Assembly (NCBI GenBank): GCA_013265495.1
Contig: MU058337.1
Location: 3,192,686 to 3,256,685, forward strand
DNA from: Vicugna vicugna
Lineage: Eukaryota
DNA length: 64,000 bases
Reading direction: 5' to 3'
Position numbers and translations under genes: made by a program. Shown here piece after piece: positions 52,381 to 64,000 of the stretch. The notes under the pieces were generated by a model that saw only the letters and a list, made by a program, of their open reading frames with translations, was not told the DNA's origin and did no database searches. Each line of letters opens with the position of its first letter. Within the stretch, counting starts at the first letter, position 1.

Positions 52381-52625
52381 CTAGACTCATGCAGATAGAG
52401 ATTCCCCATTTGATACAAAACCTACTTTTTTACCAGCAGGTAAAAGGGGTGGAAAGGGATAAATTGGGAATTCCAAATCTGCAACTCTTGGGGAGTGAAG
52501 GAAATGTGAGCTATCTTGATTGTGGTGGTGGTTTCCTGGGTGTGTACATCTGTCAGAATTCATCAAATTGTACATCTGAAATATGTGCAGTTTACTGTAC
52601 AGGAATCATACCACATTAAAGGTAT
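52381..52625 (+). mobile_element. Composite L1 3' fragments (camelid L1 piece joined to L1ME-type 3' end)
   Basis: 'agactcatgcagatagag...gggtggaaagggataaattgggaattcc' abuts 'tatcttgattgtggtggtggtttc...catctgtcagaattcatcaaattgtaca'. Confidence 0.6.
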
Positions 52626-55600
52626 CAAAAATAGAAAACCTAATTTTTTTTCCTACTGCTTCTTTTTACCAAGGGTATAGCACTGTGAGGGTCCCAGACT
52701 TTTGTGTGCGGGCAGGGGGATTCAATTGAATGAGTGTGGAGTCCTGGTTTCTGCCTCCCACACTCATATTTACATGCAAGCACTGAAGTTATCACAAGAG
52801 ACACACTCCTAACATGAGGCTTCAGTGACTCTTCAGAATGCTGGCTTCCTGCTCCTTGTTACGTTTTAGGCTCTCTGACCTTCCTTATTCTCTCAGAAGC
52901 TCAGTAAATGATTTACAGAGAACTTCTAGAGATTTTCAGGGTAGAGTTTTGAGGATATCTCATATAATCACAGTGTAGAAATAGAAATATTTAAATATGT
53001 GTTTTATATGTTGATGGTCATCTATGAAAAACAGGATATACACATATTCTGATGAAGTGGATTGATCATATTTATCCAATACTATCTCAAAATTTCATTG
53101 TTCATCATTGCAACACATGTTATTTTATTATTATGAGCTAGTAAGATCTAAATCACATTGACTTAACACATCAAGAGAAGACTAAATGACATATTCTGCA
53201 CAGTAGTTCAAATATAGAAAGATGGTGGATGCACAGAGACCAGGCATTGCACAGAGTAGGTTAAACTTGCTGAATTCCAGGGATACTGTATTGTAAATAC
53301 TTGCACCATGAATGTCAAGGTAATAAAAGTCACTGTATTAACTTGATATTGTTATGTGACAGTTACTGACTTTGTAACTTTGCCAATAATTAAATTGCAT
53401 TTTTGATATGTATTTTAGACTATTACAAGCGAAAATAGTTGTTGCATGATTTTGTGTTTTACTATATTTTGGTAATATTAAAAATAATTTGTAACAGCAC
53501 CCTTCACCATTGCCACTCACCCCCCACCCAGTAATCCAGGGTACCAAATTCCTCTGCAATCACCAGGTTATTAGTACAATGTTGAATAGGAACAATTTGG
53601 ATTCTGAGAAATTGCATCATTTTAGAAGCCTTCAGAGAATCCTTAAAAATTAGCTTAATATTTAGTTGGAGGAAAAGCTGAATACTATACTGGAGAAGTT
53701 GGAGGGTCCACCTCGGTGGCTGATAGAGTCCATTGATACAACTGCTTAAATAGGCAAATCTGAGAAGCTAAACAAAGTAATTATATTTGCAAGTTGTGTG
53801 TAAAGTGAACACAATTGGACCATAATATTTAGATACATAATAACAGAAATAAATATCATTTCTGAGTGCTCCCTATGCCCAGGAATTATGGCTAAACCCT
53901 ATACAAGCTTTAATTCTTTAATTCTCTCAAACCCCAAATGAGGAAACTGAATCTTAGAGTAATAATAGGACACACTCATTATCCCACTGTTCTTTTTCCT
54001 TTTCTTTTCTTTTTTCTTATTTTTTTTTTTGTTGTTGTTGTTGAGTTATAGTCAGTTTACAGAGTATATGCTCTTAATCCTGACGTTGCGTTGCCTCCCA
54101 GACAGAAGTCTACAATAAAAGGACATGCATTTCTGAAGACAAAGACCTGGGCCTTGAGCTCCGTTCTGCCACTTGACAGAGAAAATTATCTTTGTATTTT
54201 ACTCTTTGTATTTTTTGGTTTCCTTATTTGTAAAAGAGAAACGGTAGCTACTTACTAAGGACATTGTAAGGATCACGGTTGCAGCCAGGTATAGCACCAT
54301 GTCTGGCATAAAGGTTCCTTCCCCATCTCTAAGGGAAATGTCTCCATCAGCCTCGTTTCCTGTATCCCTTGTTATTTTCCCCAAATGTCCACATCTTTGT
54401 TTTTTGGCTGCCTTCTCACAAGTTTCCCTTTTGGTATTTGCCAAACTTTCTTTTTCTTTCCACCAAATCTCTCCTGCTCTCCTTCACACATTTAATTTTC
54501 CGAATCACTACCTTCTCATACTGCTCACCTTCAGTAGCCCCTGCAATTTTCTGTCTCTGATTATTCCCATTTTCCCCTCGGGTGTTAATTCCTTCAAATC
54601 ACTTCTCTATTTATTCATAATGTGCTAACATTATCATTCCAGAGGGGAGACATCAGCTTAAAATGCCCAGGAAATGTGTTACAATATTTACTTTTTCCTT
54701 CTCGCTACTTACCATTCAAATTATTGCTTTAGATTTACACTCTATTCAACAGTAAAGAGAATGTTAGAGAGTTTGAATGATACAAGAAAGCTTGTATGGC
54801 TGTTCAAATAAAAGCAACCACTGTGATCTGAGTAGATCACAAAGATGGGGCATAGGAAAAGAGAGCCTTTTAATCTTAATCCAAATCCACCATATGGAAC
54901 TCGGCATGAGCTGGGGGATGCCCTGTTTTATCAATTGTCATCTGTTAATAATAATTCTACTGTTAAAAATATCCCTAGTCAGCCAAACTTTCCTTAAAGT
55001 ACACTTTGCAATCATATTAATCTGTTGTTCTCATGGTGATTATATAAAAAAAAGGATGATAACGATATTTAGAAACATATTTAGTGATTTAAGTATTTAA
55101 AATAAAACTTATATTACAAACAAGAATGTTGTCCTCTGTTAGTCTAATCATATGTGTGTCAACAAGTGCTTTGTAAAGGATGTTTTTTCCCTTGTTTTTT
55201 GAGATGATTTCCTCTGAACCAGTAAGACTTCCACAATAATCCCAATTAAGTAAAGCTGATTTCAGAAGCAGTTTTATAAATATTTAGGAACCAAAATCTT
55301 TCATTCTAACCCATGGAAAGTGACTCTGCGCTAATATTGTCTGACAGTGACCTAATTAGAGTCATTTGCATACTAATGAGACTTTGAAGGAGATAAGCAA
55401 TAGCATGCTTGTAATAGATAATTAATTTGTATTTCAAAATAAGCTATGGCTATTTAACAACAACTCAAATGACACATTGAATTAAAAGAGTTGTTCGAGC
55501 TACTTCTTAACAATAAACTCCGGTTACAGCTTTTCAGTTTTGCTTAAATTTCAAGCTGATAAACATATCCCCAGAATCCATTTACAGTCAGAAGGTGACT

Positions 55601-58600
55601 CTTCATTAGCTGCTTAATTCTCAAATTCGTCTTCAAAAAAGCATCTCTCTTTGCCAAGAAATTCAGAATGATTTACGTATCGTTAATTAAAATATTTTCT
55701 TCTTATGTAGCAACGTGCATCTGAATAGTACAATGCGCTTTTAAATAATCTTACATCATCTCCCAGGATCGTAATTCCCATGTTTCAGTTGTTGAAATAG
55801 CTGAGAGTTGTAGAGAAGGCAAATCAAAACAAGTCAGGCTGTTGAAGTAGCCTTCTGTAGTTCCCATTTCATCTTCTAACGTGAAATGAGATGTGCAGAA
55901 CCTCAAATAACCTGACCAGGATAACTAATAAGCTTGTTCTACGTGGCGAAGGTACCATCCCTGTTGATCACTGAAAGCATAAAGTATCTGGAATCACTCA
56001 CCAATTGCTGCAGTTGGTAATGGGTAAGCGCGTTGGAGTGATGTGTAGAATGCCTTTCTCCTCTAACCCATTCATTTTTCTTTCATGTACATTTCAAATG
56101 ATAACTTTGGTTTATTTTCATAAAGATAAGCCACTTTACAGTATAGCTGTTCTGTTACCAATTACTCTATGCCTGGCAGTCCTACAAAAAAAAAAAACAC
56201 TGATGACATAATTGTGGGCGAATTATGAAAATAATACAGGCCTTTCTCCAAGAGAAAGTTCAAATTTTCACATGAAAAAAATTTCTCCACTGACCCAGAG
56301 GGCACATCTAATACAGACATGTTCTAGGATTATTTATGTAGCCTTTGACAAGAAGATTAAGAATAACCATTGTTGGAATTTCAGGTAAGTAGGAATGAAC
56401 TAACAGGTCAGCACAAAGGGAGGAGGAAAAAGAAAGTGGGTCACATATTAGAAACACAAGATTTGCCATCAGTCATACCATCTTGAAAGTTCAGAATAAT
56501 CTTAAAGGTTCAGAACACTTTTTCATAATTGTAGAAGTACCATTTTTATAATACCTATTTTATATTATAAAATATAAACATTATTTTACTGGAGTTCACA
56601 TTTTGCTGTAGTTTATATGTCATTGTTCTAAAAGCCAGTAGGATCATAGTCACCAAAGCTAGAAGGAACTTCGAAAGACTGTATAATATTAATCTCTTTT
56701 TTAACCAGAAACATTGGAGATTTTATTCTATATATTATATGGGAAATCAATAAACACTAAAAAAAAGGTTAGGTGCTATTCTTAAGGTCACAGATAATAA
56801 GCAGTGTGTTACAATGTAATGTAAATTTCTACATAATTGGACATTCAATCCCTGTTTTTTTTTAAACTTTAAAACCACCTAAAAATGTCAGAATGAAACA
56901 CTCCTATGATTTATATTTTTTGAGGAATCACATTTTTTAGGTTCAGTAAATCAGATCCTAAGTCATTTCATGCCTTGTTCAGAATTTATACACCCTGTTT
57001 CATGGATACACCCTCACAGGTAGACATTCAGCTGGCTCTGCTGAGCATTTATTAGAACCGTAAAACTGGAAGTGAAAAACAATGCTGTGAGGTCTAGCAT
57101 CTGAAGAAATATTGTCTTAATCATTAAGATTCTTTCAGGATGCTGAAAATTCTGAGTTGCTGACTTTGGGCACTTTAAAGTACTGCTCTAAAAGTCACCT
57201 TGTGCATGTGTTAGTAGCTAGCAACACATCACCAAAATGACATTTCCTTAAAAAAAGAGAGTCATACTTTCTGTGCACTTCAGATAAAAATAGCAGAGGC
57301 CTCCAGCACTGTCCCACATTTTATGGTCTCATGGACAAGCACAAGAAGTTTCATTTTAAAACAACAAAACCCATCGAGTGCTCATTTAATTGTACAGAAT
57401 GTCAGAGTTTTGCAGAGTTATCCCCTTCAGTCTGCATTAGATCTACGTGGTTGATGTGTCTCTGCATTTTGCTACGGCGGCCATCATGAGGCTGAGCAGA
57501 TTTCGTGCACAAGCTCTGCTGGCCGAGCCTGCCTCTGCCCCTTGGAAATGACTGTAATTTGGGATGTTAAATTCCAATGACTCTGCAAGAAAGAGAAAAA
57601 GAGATTCAAAGATGGAAGCTCTTCTTAGTTCTTCTTGCATGTTATTCATAAAGTCAGATAGACTTTATCAGCTTGGCGATAGCCTCAGATTCCCAACCAT
57701 GTTAAAGGATTCATTTCAAGGGTCACGTTCTTGTTCAAGACTCCTCTTGAAGCCCAAAGCTAGTTAAGAACACTCTGCTTCCCAGCACCATCATAGCTTG
57801 TACAGGCTTTTGTTACTCGCTTGCTCCATTTAATTGTAAATATATATCCTCTGTTTATTTCTGCCAACTCTTTAGACTCTGAGTCGCCAACATGGAGTTT
57901 ACTTCTTATTCACCATCCTGCATCCAGAGACTAGCCCATCCGGCCCTCAGTCAGTCTGGATGCTTTTCACTGCCTCCAGCTCACTCCTAGCTTGAAGCTC
58001 AATGCCCCCAACAGCTCAAGGAAAACAAAGATATGGTAAGAAGAGGCAAGAGGTCTGCTGGAGTCTATTTCCCTCCCAAATAGTCCTTCCCAACCGGTTA
58101 TTAAAGGGTCAGCGCTGGACTGGACACAGGGCAGGTAGCCATGGTTTACTTTATCTACGGTATGTTAGTAATAGGTATGCTGAAAAAGCCTCTCCTTTTC
58201 AGCAGCCCTGTGATCACAGCCATCACTAATATACCTCCCAGAGCTGCCTCAGCCATTTAGCCTCCCCAGCCCTGTCATCATCCAATCATTTGGGCTCACA
58301 GATTTGGGAAGCTCTACTGAAGTCATACCAAGACCAGAATGCTTCTCAAGATAAATTGTAAGAAAAAAAGTAGGTAAGGTGCTAGCCACAGTGGAGAAGG
58401 AGGTCCAGCAGTCTCCCGGAATTATTCCCCTCCCACTCAGCTTCTCAGGTTTCAGTTAGGTGAGTTCTGGGATTATCCATTCAGGTAAATAAACTTGTCT
58501 CTGAGAGAATCATCTAGAGAGTGTATACCCTTCAGTGGATCGTAGACAGTGGGTGGATTCCATAATCTGCAGAGAATTCTGGTCATCAAATCTTCAACTG

Positions 58601-58640
58601 AGATGATAAATTCCAGTGTCATGAATATGGGAGAGAAAAA

Positions 58641-58678
58641 AAGAGAGAGAGAGAGAGAGCAGAGAAAGAGAGAGAGGA
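58641..58678. repeat. (GA)n-rich microsatellite
   Basis: Read directly. Confidence 0.85.
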
Positions 58679-60378
58679 CATATACAAGCACACAGCTTGC
58701 AGCCTAACGTGTGACCGGTGGTGTCAGGACACATCACGTCGGATTAGTCAGGAATCTGATCAGAAGGCAGAGTGTTTACTCCTGCCTCTAATTCACAGTG
58801 GACCAGCCTTACCAGATGGTTCTTCTTACAGGGTTCATACTCAAAGTCAAGAACAACTTCACACTTTTCCAAAACTTCAAGAGGTTGTTTGAATCTGCCT
58901 CTTTTACATGAATGCATTCATTTTTATGTTTTTTTTTTCCTTAACAGGGAAGTTTTTTCTCACTTTTTCAGGATAAATATCAATTTAAAAAAAAAAAAAG
59001 AGTGCTTGTACGTAAATGCAAAGAAAAAAAAAAAAACAGGTGGGGGAACAAGACTGTGAGAAGTTATCTGTGAAAAGAAATCCAGAGGCAAGATATATTT
59101 AGAAAGGGCTCATGCTATTTCCATATAGATCTAGGGGCCATTTGTTAAAAGTTTAATAGATCAAAAAGGCAGCTTCTCATTAAAAAAAACAGTACAAAGA
59201 TACTGGCTATTTGGGCAATAAGTGTGTCATAGCAGGAATGAATTAATGCTGTTGGAATGAATTCACTTCAAGTGTCTCTTATTTTCCACTTCCTGGCCTC
59301 AGTTATCACTTTGAGATTGCAAAACCCAAATTAATAACCTAAGTGAAGATTCTGGAGTTAGATAACTTGTTCTAACTCTAGATCCACTAATTACTAGCAA
59401 TAGGACTTCATCAAGTTTCTAAATTTCTCTAAACCTCTGTCTCCCTATGAGAAAAATGGACATTATATTGGCAGTGATCTCGGGACACTTTTTGTGATAG
59501 ATAGGCAAATTGCTTTGCACAATGCCAAATAAATGCTGGAAACAAATAAAATGTTTCTTCTGAACAGAAGCAACAGATGTAGTTCCATTCACGAGCTTGT
59601 GATGGGTAAAGGTCAGTGGGTACCACACTCACATACCTTCGAATGGTCCCTCTTCTCTGCTAGACTGTCATTTGGCTATTGGTAATCATCCTCTCTGTCT
59701 CTCTCTCTCTCTCCCCCTCCCTCCCTCCCTCTCTATTGTCACAGTGCTCAGAATTCTTAAAAACACACACCCCGAGTTAGTAGGCAATGAAGTCAATGGT
59801 AATCATCACACACATATATTTAATACACATGGAGGAATGATTTGGATTAATGTTTTCCATCATCTACAGTTTGTTACAGAAACTTAGAAAGCAGAAATCA
59901 TCTCTAAAGTGACCATTTCTACATTTTTACCTTATCTTTTTCAGATGTCTTTTTTATGGATACTGCTCTTTGAAAGTGTTAATTTATGCAGTTAATGACA
60001 TTAGCTTACAATTTAAGAAGCAATGCTGTTCTCTTTCTACTTTTTTTTTTTATTGTCACAGTGCTCAGAATTCTTGGGTGCTCATCACATTTGCTACATC
60101 AGCTAGTTTCCTAAAACGTTTATCCTTCCTCCGTGTTGAGTGTTAAGGGAATTTCTTATTCTTCACAGTTGAGAAAGGGTTAAAACTAAGCCAACAGTGA
60201 AACTGTTAAAAAATTACTTTGATTTGATTTTGTATCTGATACTTAAAAACTAAAATAAAGGAAAGGAGCAGTCAAGAATAAAATATCATACAAGTACACA
60301 TTGACTTATAAATAGTATTTGGCATTGATTGTCACAAATGTGACACATTAATACACTAATACTAACGTTCTAATATTA

Positions 60379-60476
60379 ATGTGTGATATGACCAGGATGG
60401 TCTCATGAATTCCACTTCCTTGCTGTTCACAACCTACAACCTCTTCTCCTCTGGATGTGACCAGCCTGTGACTTGC
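60379..60476 (+). mobile_element. MLT1 (E/F-like) LTR 5' fragment
   Basis: 'gatggtctcatgaattccacttccttgctgttcac...ctggatgtgaccagcctgtgacttgc' resembles the MLT1E/F start and then stops abruptly. Confidence 0.45.
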
Positions 60477-61730
60477 ATATAACAACTTCATAATGTAGAG
60501 GAAAGGTTAGTTTTTGATAGTTTTGAAAGACCAGATATAAACCAATAATAATAATACAGAGGTAATCTTAAATTGTGAGATCCTATATAACAGCAAATTT
60601 AACATCACTGTGCCAGCTTTTCTAGAAGTTTCTTGTCTTAAATTTAATAACATCCAACATTTTTCTAATGACAAAGATAATATGCAACCATAAGAAAATA
60701 TTCATTGAATACAGGCTTTTATGCCAAATTATCAAGAATACATTTTAAAAAAATAATAAGTAAAACATAAATTTTACTCGAGGAATATAATTGTATTTTT
60801 GGAAAGTAAAATAATTATGCAAGTAACAATTAAGAAAAATGAGAGGACAGTTTAAAATAGGTGGGAGTTACCATAGAAGGAAGATCATATAAAATTCAAG
60901 TTTTCACTAAATATGGGGAGAGCAGCCTAATATGGGGGACACTGAGAAAATTTGGAAAGCAAAATGATAGTAGATTCTGAAAGACTTTGTCGTGTAGGTG
61001 AGAGAAGCTTTCAGCTGATGAGTAAACAATAATGAATTTTGAGCTTGTTCATTTCGGTGGAAGCGTTGCTCTGACAAAGGCACTAAAGCTCTAGTTCACT
61101 GATTTTCAAATATACCAGCAAAGAGGACTAATTACTTAAATGAATCTTGTTGGAAAACCAAATGGACCACTACCAAAAGTGGAACGATTCTGTTACAGTG
61201 GGGAGAGTTCTTGCCATTCTCAGGTAAGTTTCCCCAGACCACGGTTTGCAAACCACTACAGCCCGTGGGCAGTGGACTGTTTGGAGAGTATGCCAGGACC
61301 TGGTGAGTTGTTTGGGGGAACTGTGGCCCTATGTCAAAGTCCTAGTGGGATGGCTTTTATAAATTTGATTTCAACTTGCCTACGTAGGGACTGAGTAACA
61401 AGTGATGTGTGTGGACAGATCACAATTAGACAAGACCATTTTGACAGTGAAATTCTGAGGAGCAGGCATTTTGAAACATAGTAAAAGTAAATTTTAGGTT
61501 TTCGTTGATTATTACCAAGTAAGAGGTGCCACAGACGTCTTTACTTTGTACTTCCGGTACTGAGAGCCTACATGTCACCCCATCAGTGATGGCAGATTCC
61601 TGCCCCATCCCAACACAGAGGAACAACCCATCCCTTCCCCTAGAGTGAAGGAATAGAACAAAGCAGAGGATCATGGACTCTGTGCTGCTAAATTTGGGGC
61701 ACAAGTTTTGGCCATGCTCTATCAAGTGTC

Positions 61731-62044
61731 TACCCCAGAAGGCAGCAATCTATGACTCACCCCTGTTTTTATGTCACCAGTGAATCAAGAATGATTTTTA
61801 CCATTTTAGAGGTTGAAAAATTGAGAGAAGGATTATATTTTCTGACACCTGAAAATCATATAAAAATTCAAATGTCAGTGCCCACAAATTAGGTTTTATT
61901 GGTGCACAGCCACCTTCACTTAATTACATATTGTCTGCTTTCACGTTACGACACTGTTGACTAATTTGATGGAGACCCTGAGTCTCTCAAAACCAAAAAT
62001 ATTTACTATCTGACACTTTACAGAAAAAAGTGTGTCCGCTCCTG
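61731..62044 (+). mobile_element. MER58B-like hAT-Charlie MITE
   Basis: 'aaattcaaatgtcagtgcccacaaattaggttttattggtgcacagccac...aaatatttactatctgacactttacagaaaaaagtgtgtccgctcctg'. Confidence 0.8.
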
Positions 62045-64000
62045 AGAGATGATATCAGATTAACTACATTAAAATGCCTTGCTTTGGGAATATCATCATA
62101 TCCTAGCTTTTAAGAATTTCTCTTTATGAAATCATCATTTTCATAATGACTTATGAGAAAAAATACAGCACTACAAGTTGTGCATATTTTCCAATTAGTT
62201 TTCCACTCTGACTTAAAATTTAGCTATAAACTTTACAGTTTTTTACAAAATTGAAAAACATCAGGTATCACCTGTATGTTGCATGTGTTTTATAGTGAAA
62301 CAGCTGTTTAGGATTAGCTATGATTTCATATTTTCCTAAAAAGCAGCTGAGAAACATCTTGTCTTACACTACGGCCATAATAGCTAATTATTACCTCAAT
62401 CTGCTTGGATAAATAAGCAATATTGAAACAATGACTGTAGCATGCCACCCGATTTTTAAATGTTTAAATTCTCTAAATGGTGAATTTTTGTACATTTGTG
62501 AAAGAAATATTATGTGATAATCAACACAGAGGCAATATAGATATTGCAAAATTTACTATAGAAATATGAGTCAAACTGAGTGCCGGGTGACTGTACTAAA
62601 ATGAAGATTTACAGAATACATGCATCTATTCTCAAAACAAGATGCTTCAGTGACAAAGAAATTACTAAACTAATCTTCTTCCAAAATATGTTCATTTTTC
62701 TACTCTATCCCTACCCCGTGCAAAATTTAGCTCAATCAAAACAAGATAATTACTTAATTATCTACTGGAAGAAGATATGGACATACTACAGTTACTTAAA
62801 ATTAAAACTCAGAAATTCTATTTAATTTGGTGGCTCAACATAGCTCTTCTTACCTTTAATAACACTACCTAGTATTATACATAAGTAGATAAAAATATTA
62901 AACTACATATTCCAAATAAAATTGACTTTTAGTAAACACGTAAATTTGAAGGCTGAACTAACCTGGCAAACTATTCCTTGTGGGCATTTATATCCTCATT
63001 CAATAGAGGGATTTTACAGAAACATTTGTGATTCTTCTAAAAACAATTAGGCTAAAGTTAATTTAAATTAGTAGACATTTGAGCACTAAAACGTTAATTT
63101 TGAAATTTAGTTCTTCACTTATTTTACCTTACTTCAACTATCTTGTCATATTGAGAGAAATGAAGTTGGTAACCACTTAGGAAAATCAACTCTTGGTAGA
63201 AATACAGTAACTTCAAAAGGCTAAAATTCAATTTCTATCCAAAGTAAGGATTATCTCATTTGATAATGGAAAGAGCATGTTTTGCAAGTGTGAGTGTAAA
63301 TCTTGACTTGCATATAACAACTTTATAATGCAGAGGAAAGGTGAACGGGTTGAATATTTTTACCCATTGGATATTTAGTCCTGTTGTTCACATAGGTGGG
63401 AAATGATAGATGCAACTGATTCTGAGTTCTCTTTTCTCCTGATTTTTTAAATTACGATTTTTCATTTCAAACTGGTCTGATTTCTCTTTTCTCAGAAGCA
63501 AGTGTTAAATCAACACTTTTTATTCTTGCATATGATTAACTATATTGTTTTCAGCCCTATATAATTTGTACTAATGCATGCTTAGTAAGGCTAATATATT
63601 TTCCTGAATAAAGGAATGAGCATCTAAAGTATTCTGTTCAATCAATAACTTTTAAAATAGAATTTATATCAGTAACAAAAGATGTCTTACCACTTAAGTT
63701 CGATGGCAAGGAGATATAATTTTCACGTGCATTAACTTTACTTAATTGTTTAACAAAAAAACTCAAAGAAGGCAAATTTTATTTTAAATTACTAAGTAAC
63801 AAGCAGTATATTTTCTCATGAGATATTATAAAAGTTAATTTTTTTTTTAGTTCTAGTAATGTCAAGATTTTTTTAGAAGAAAATTTCCTTTAAATAATAG
63901 TTTTCCAAAGGACATTCACCCTGCCATGAAGTTTTTCCTCTTGAACCATTCACTTAAGGGTTGTACCTTAGTCTAGGCACACACATGATTTCCTTGCCAA

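Noticed and set aside
59351..59382. Short imperfect inverted repeat tctggagttaga...tctaactctaga (a similar one lies at 28029-28058)
   Set aside because: Stems of about 10-12 bp with mismatches can arise by chance in AT-rich DNA.
56382..61229. Perfect CAG|GTAAGT donors at 56382-56390 and 61221-61229
   Set aside because: One or two such 9-mers can occur by chance in 64 kb, and the upstream acceptors are weak.
1..64000. Prokaryote-style systems (CRISPR, operons, defence islands) or a novel multi-gene system
   Set aside because: The sequence is mammalian repeat-rich non-coding DNA. There are no regularly spaced repeats and no long ORFs.

Overview
This is AT-rich mammalian non-coding DNA, intergenic or deep intronic. 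It is almost certainly camelid (alpaca, llama or camel), judged from a Vic-1-type tRNA-derived SINE and camelid-type L1 3' ends. I cannot recognise any host protein-coding gene, rRNA, true tRNA or CRISPR array. The ORFs in the track are either chance ORFs or transposon relics (L1 ORF2 C-terminus, Tigger1 transposase, CR1/L3 ORF2, ERVL gag). The window is a mosaic of LINEs (L1, L2, CR1), MIR and Vic-1 SINEs, LTR elements (LTR16 with ERVL internal sequence, several MLT1, one MER41-like ERV1 solo LTR with TSD) and DNA transposons (Tigger1, Charlie1a, Charlie4a, MER58B). Family names come from my recollection of consensus sequences, not from a RepeatMasker run, and boundaries are approximate unless a TSD is given. 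I found no convincing new biological system. The most notable structures read directly from the sequence are: (1) a perfect 31-bp fold-back hairpin at the 5' junction of a young L1; (2) an L1MC reduced to its two ends between apparent TSDs; (3) four short dispersed local duplications of 25-51 bp; (4) a well-preserved CR1 relic; and (5) a pair of in-frame candidate exons near 15.9 kb.
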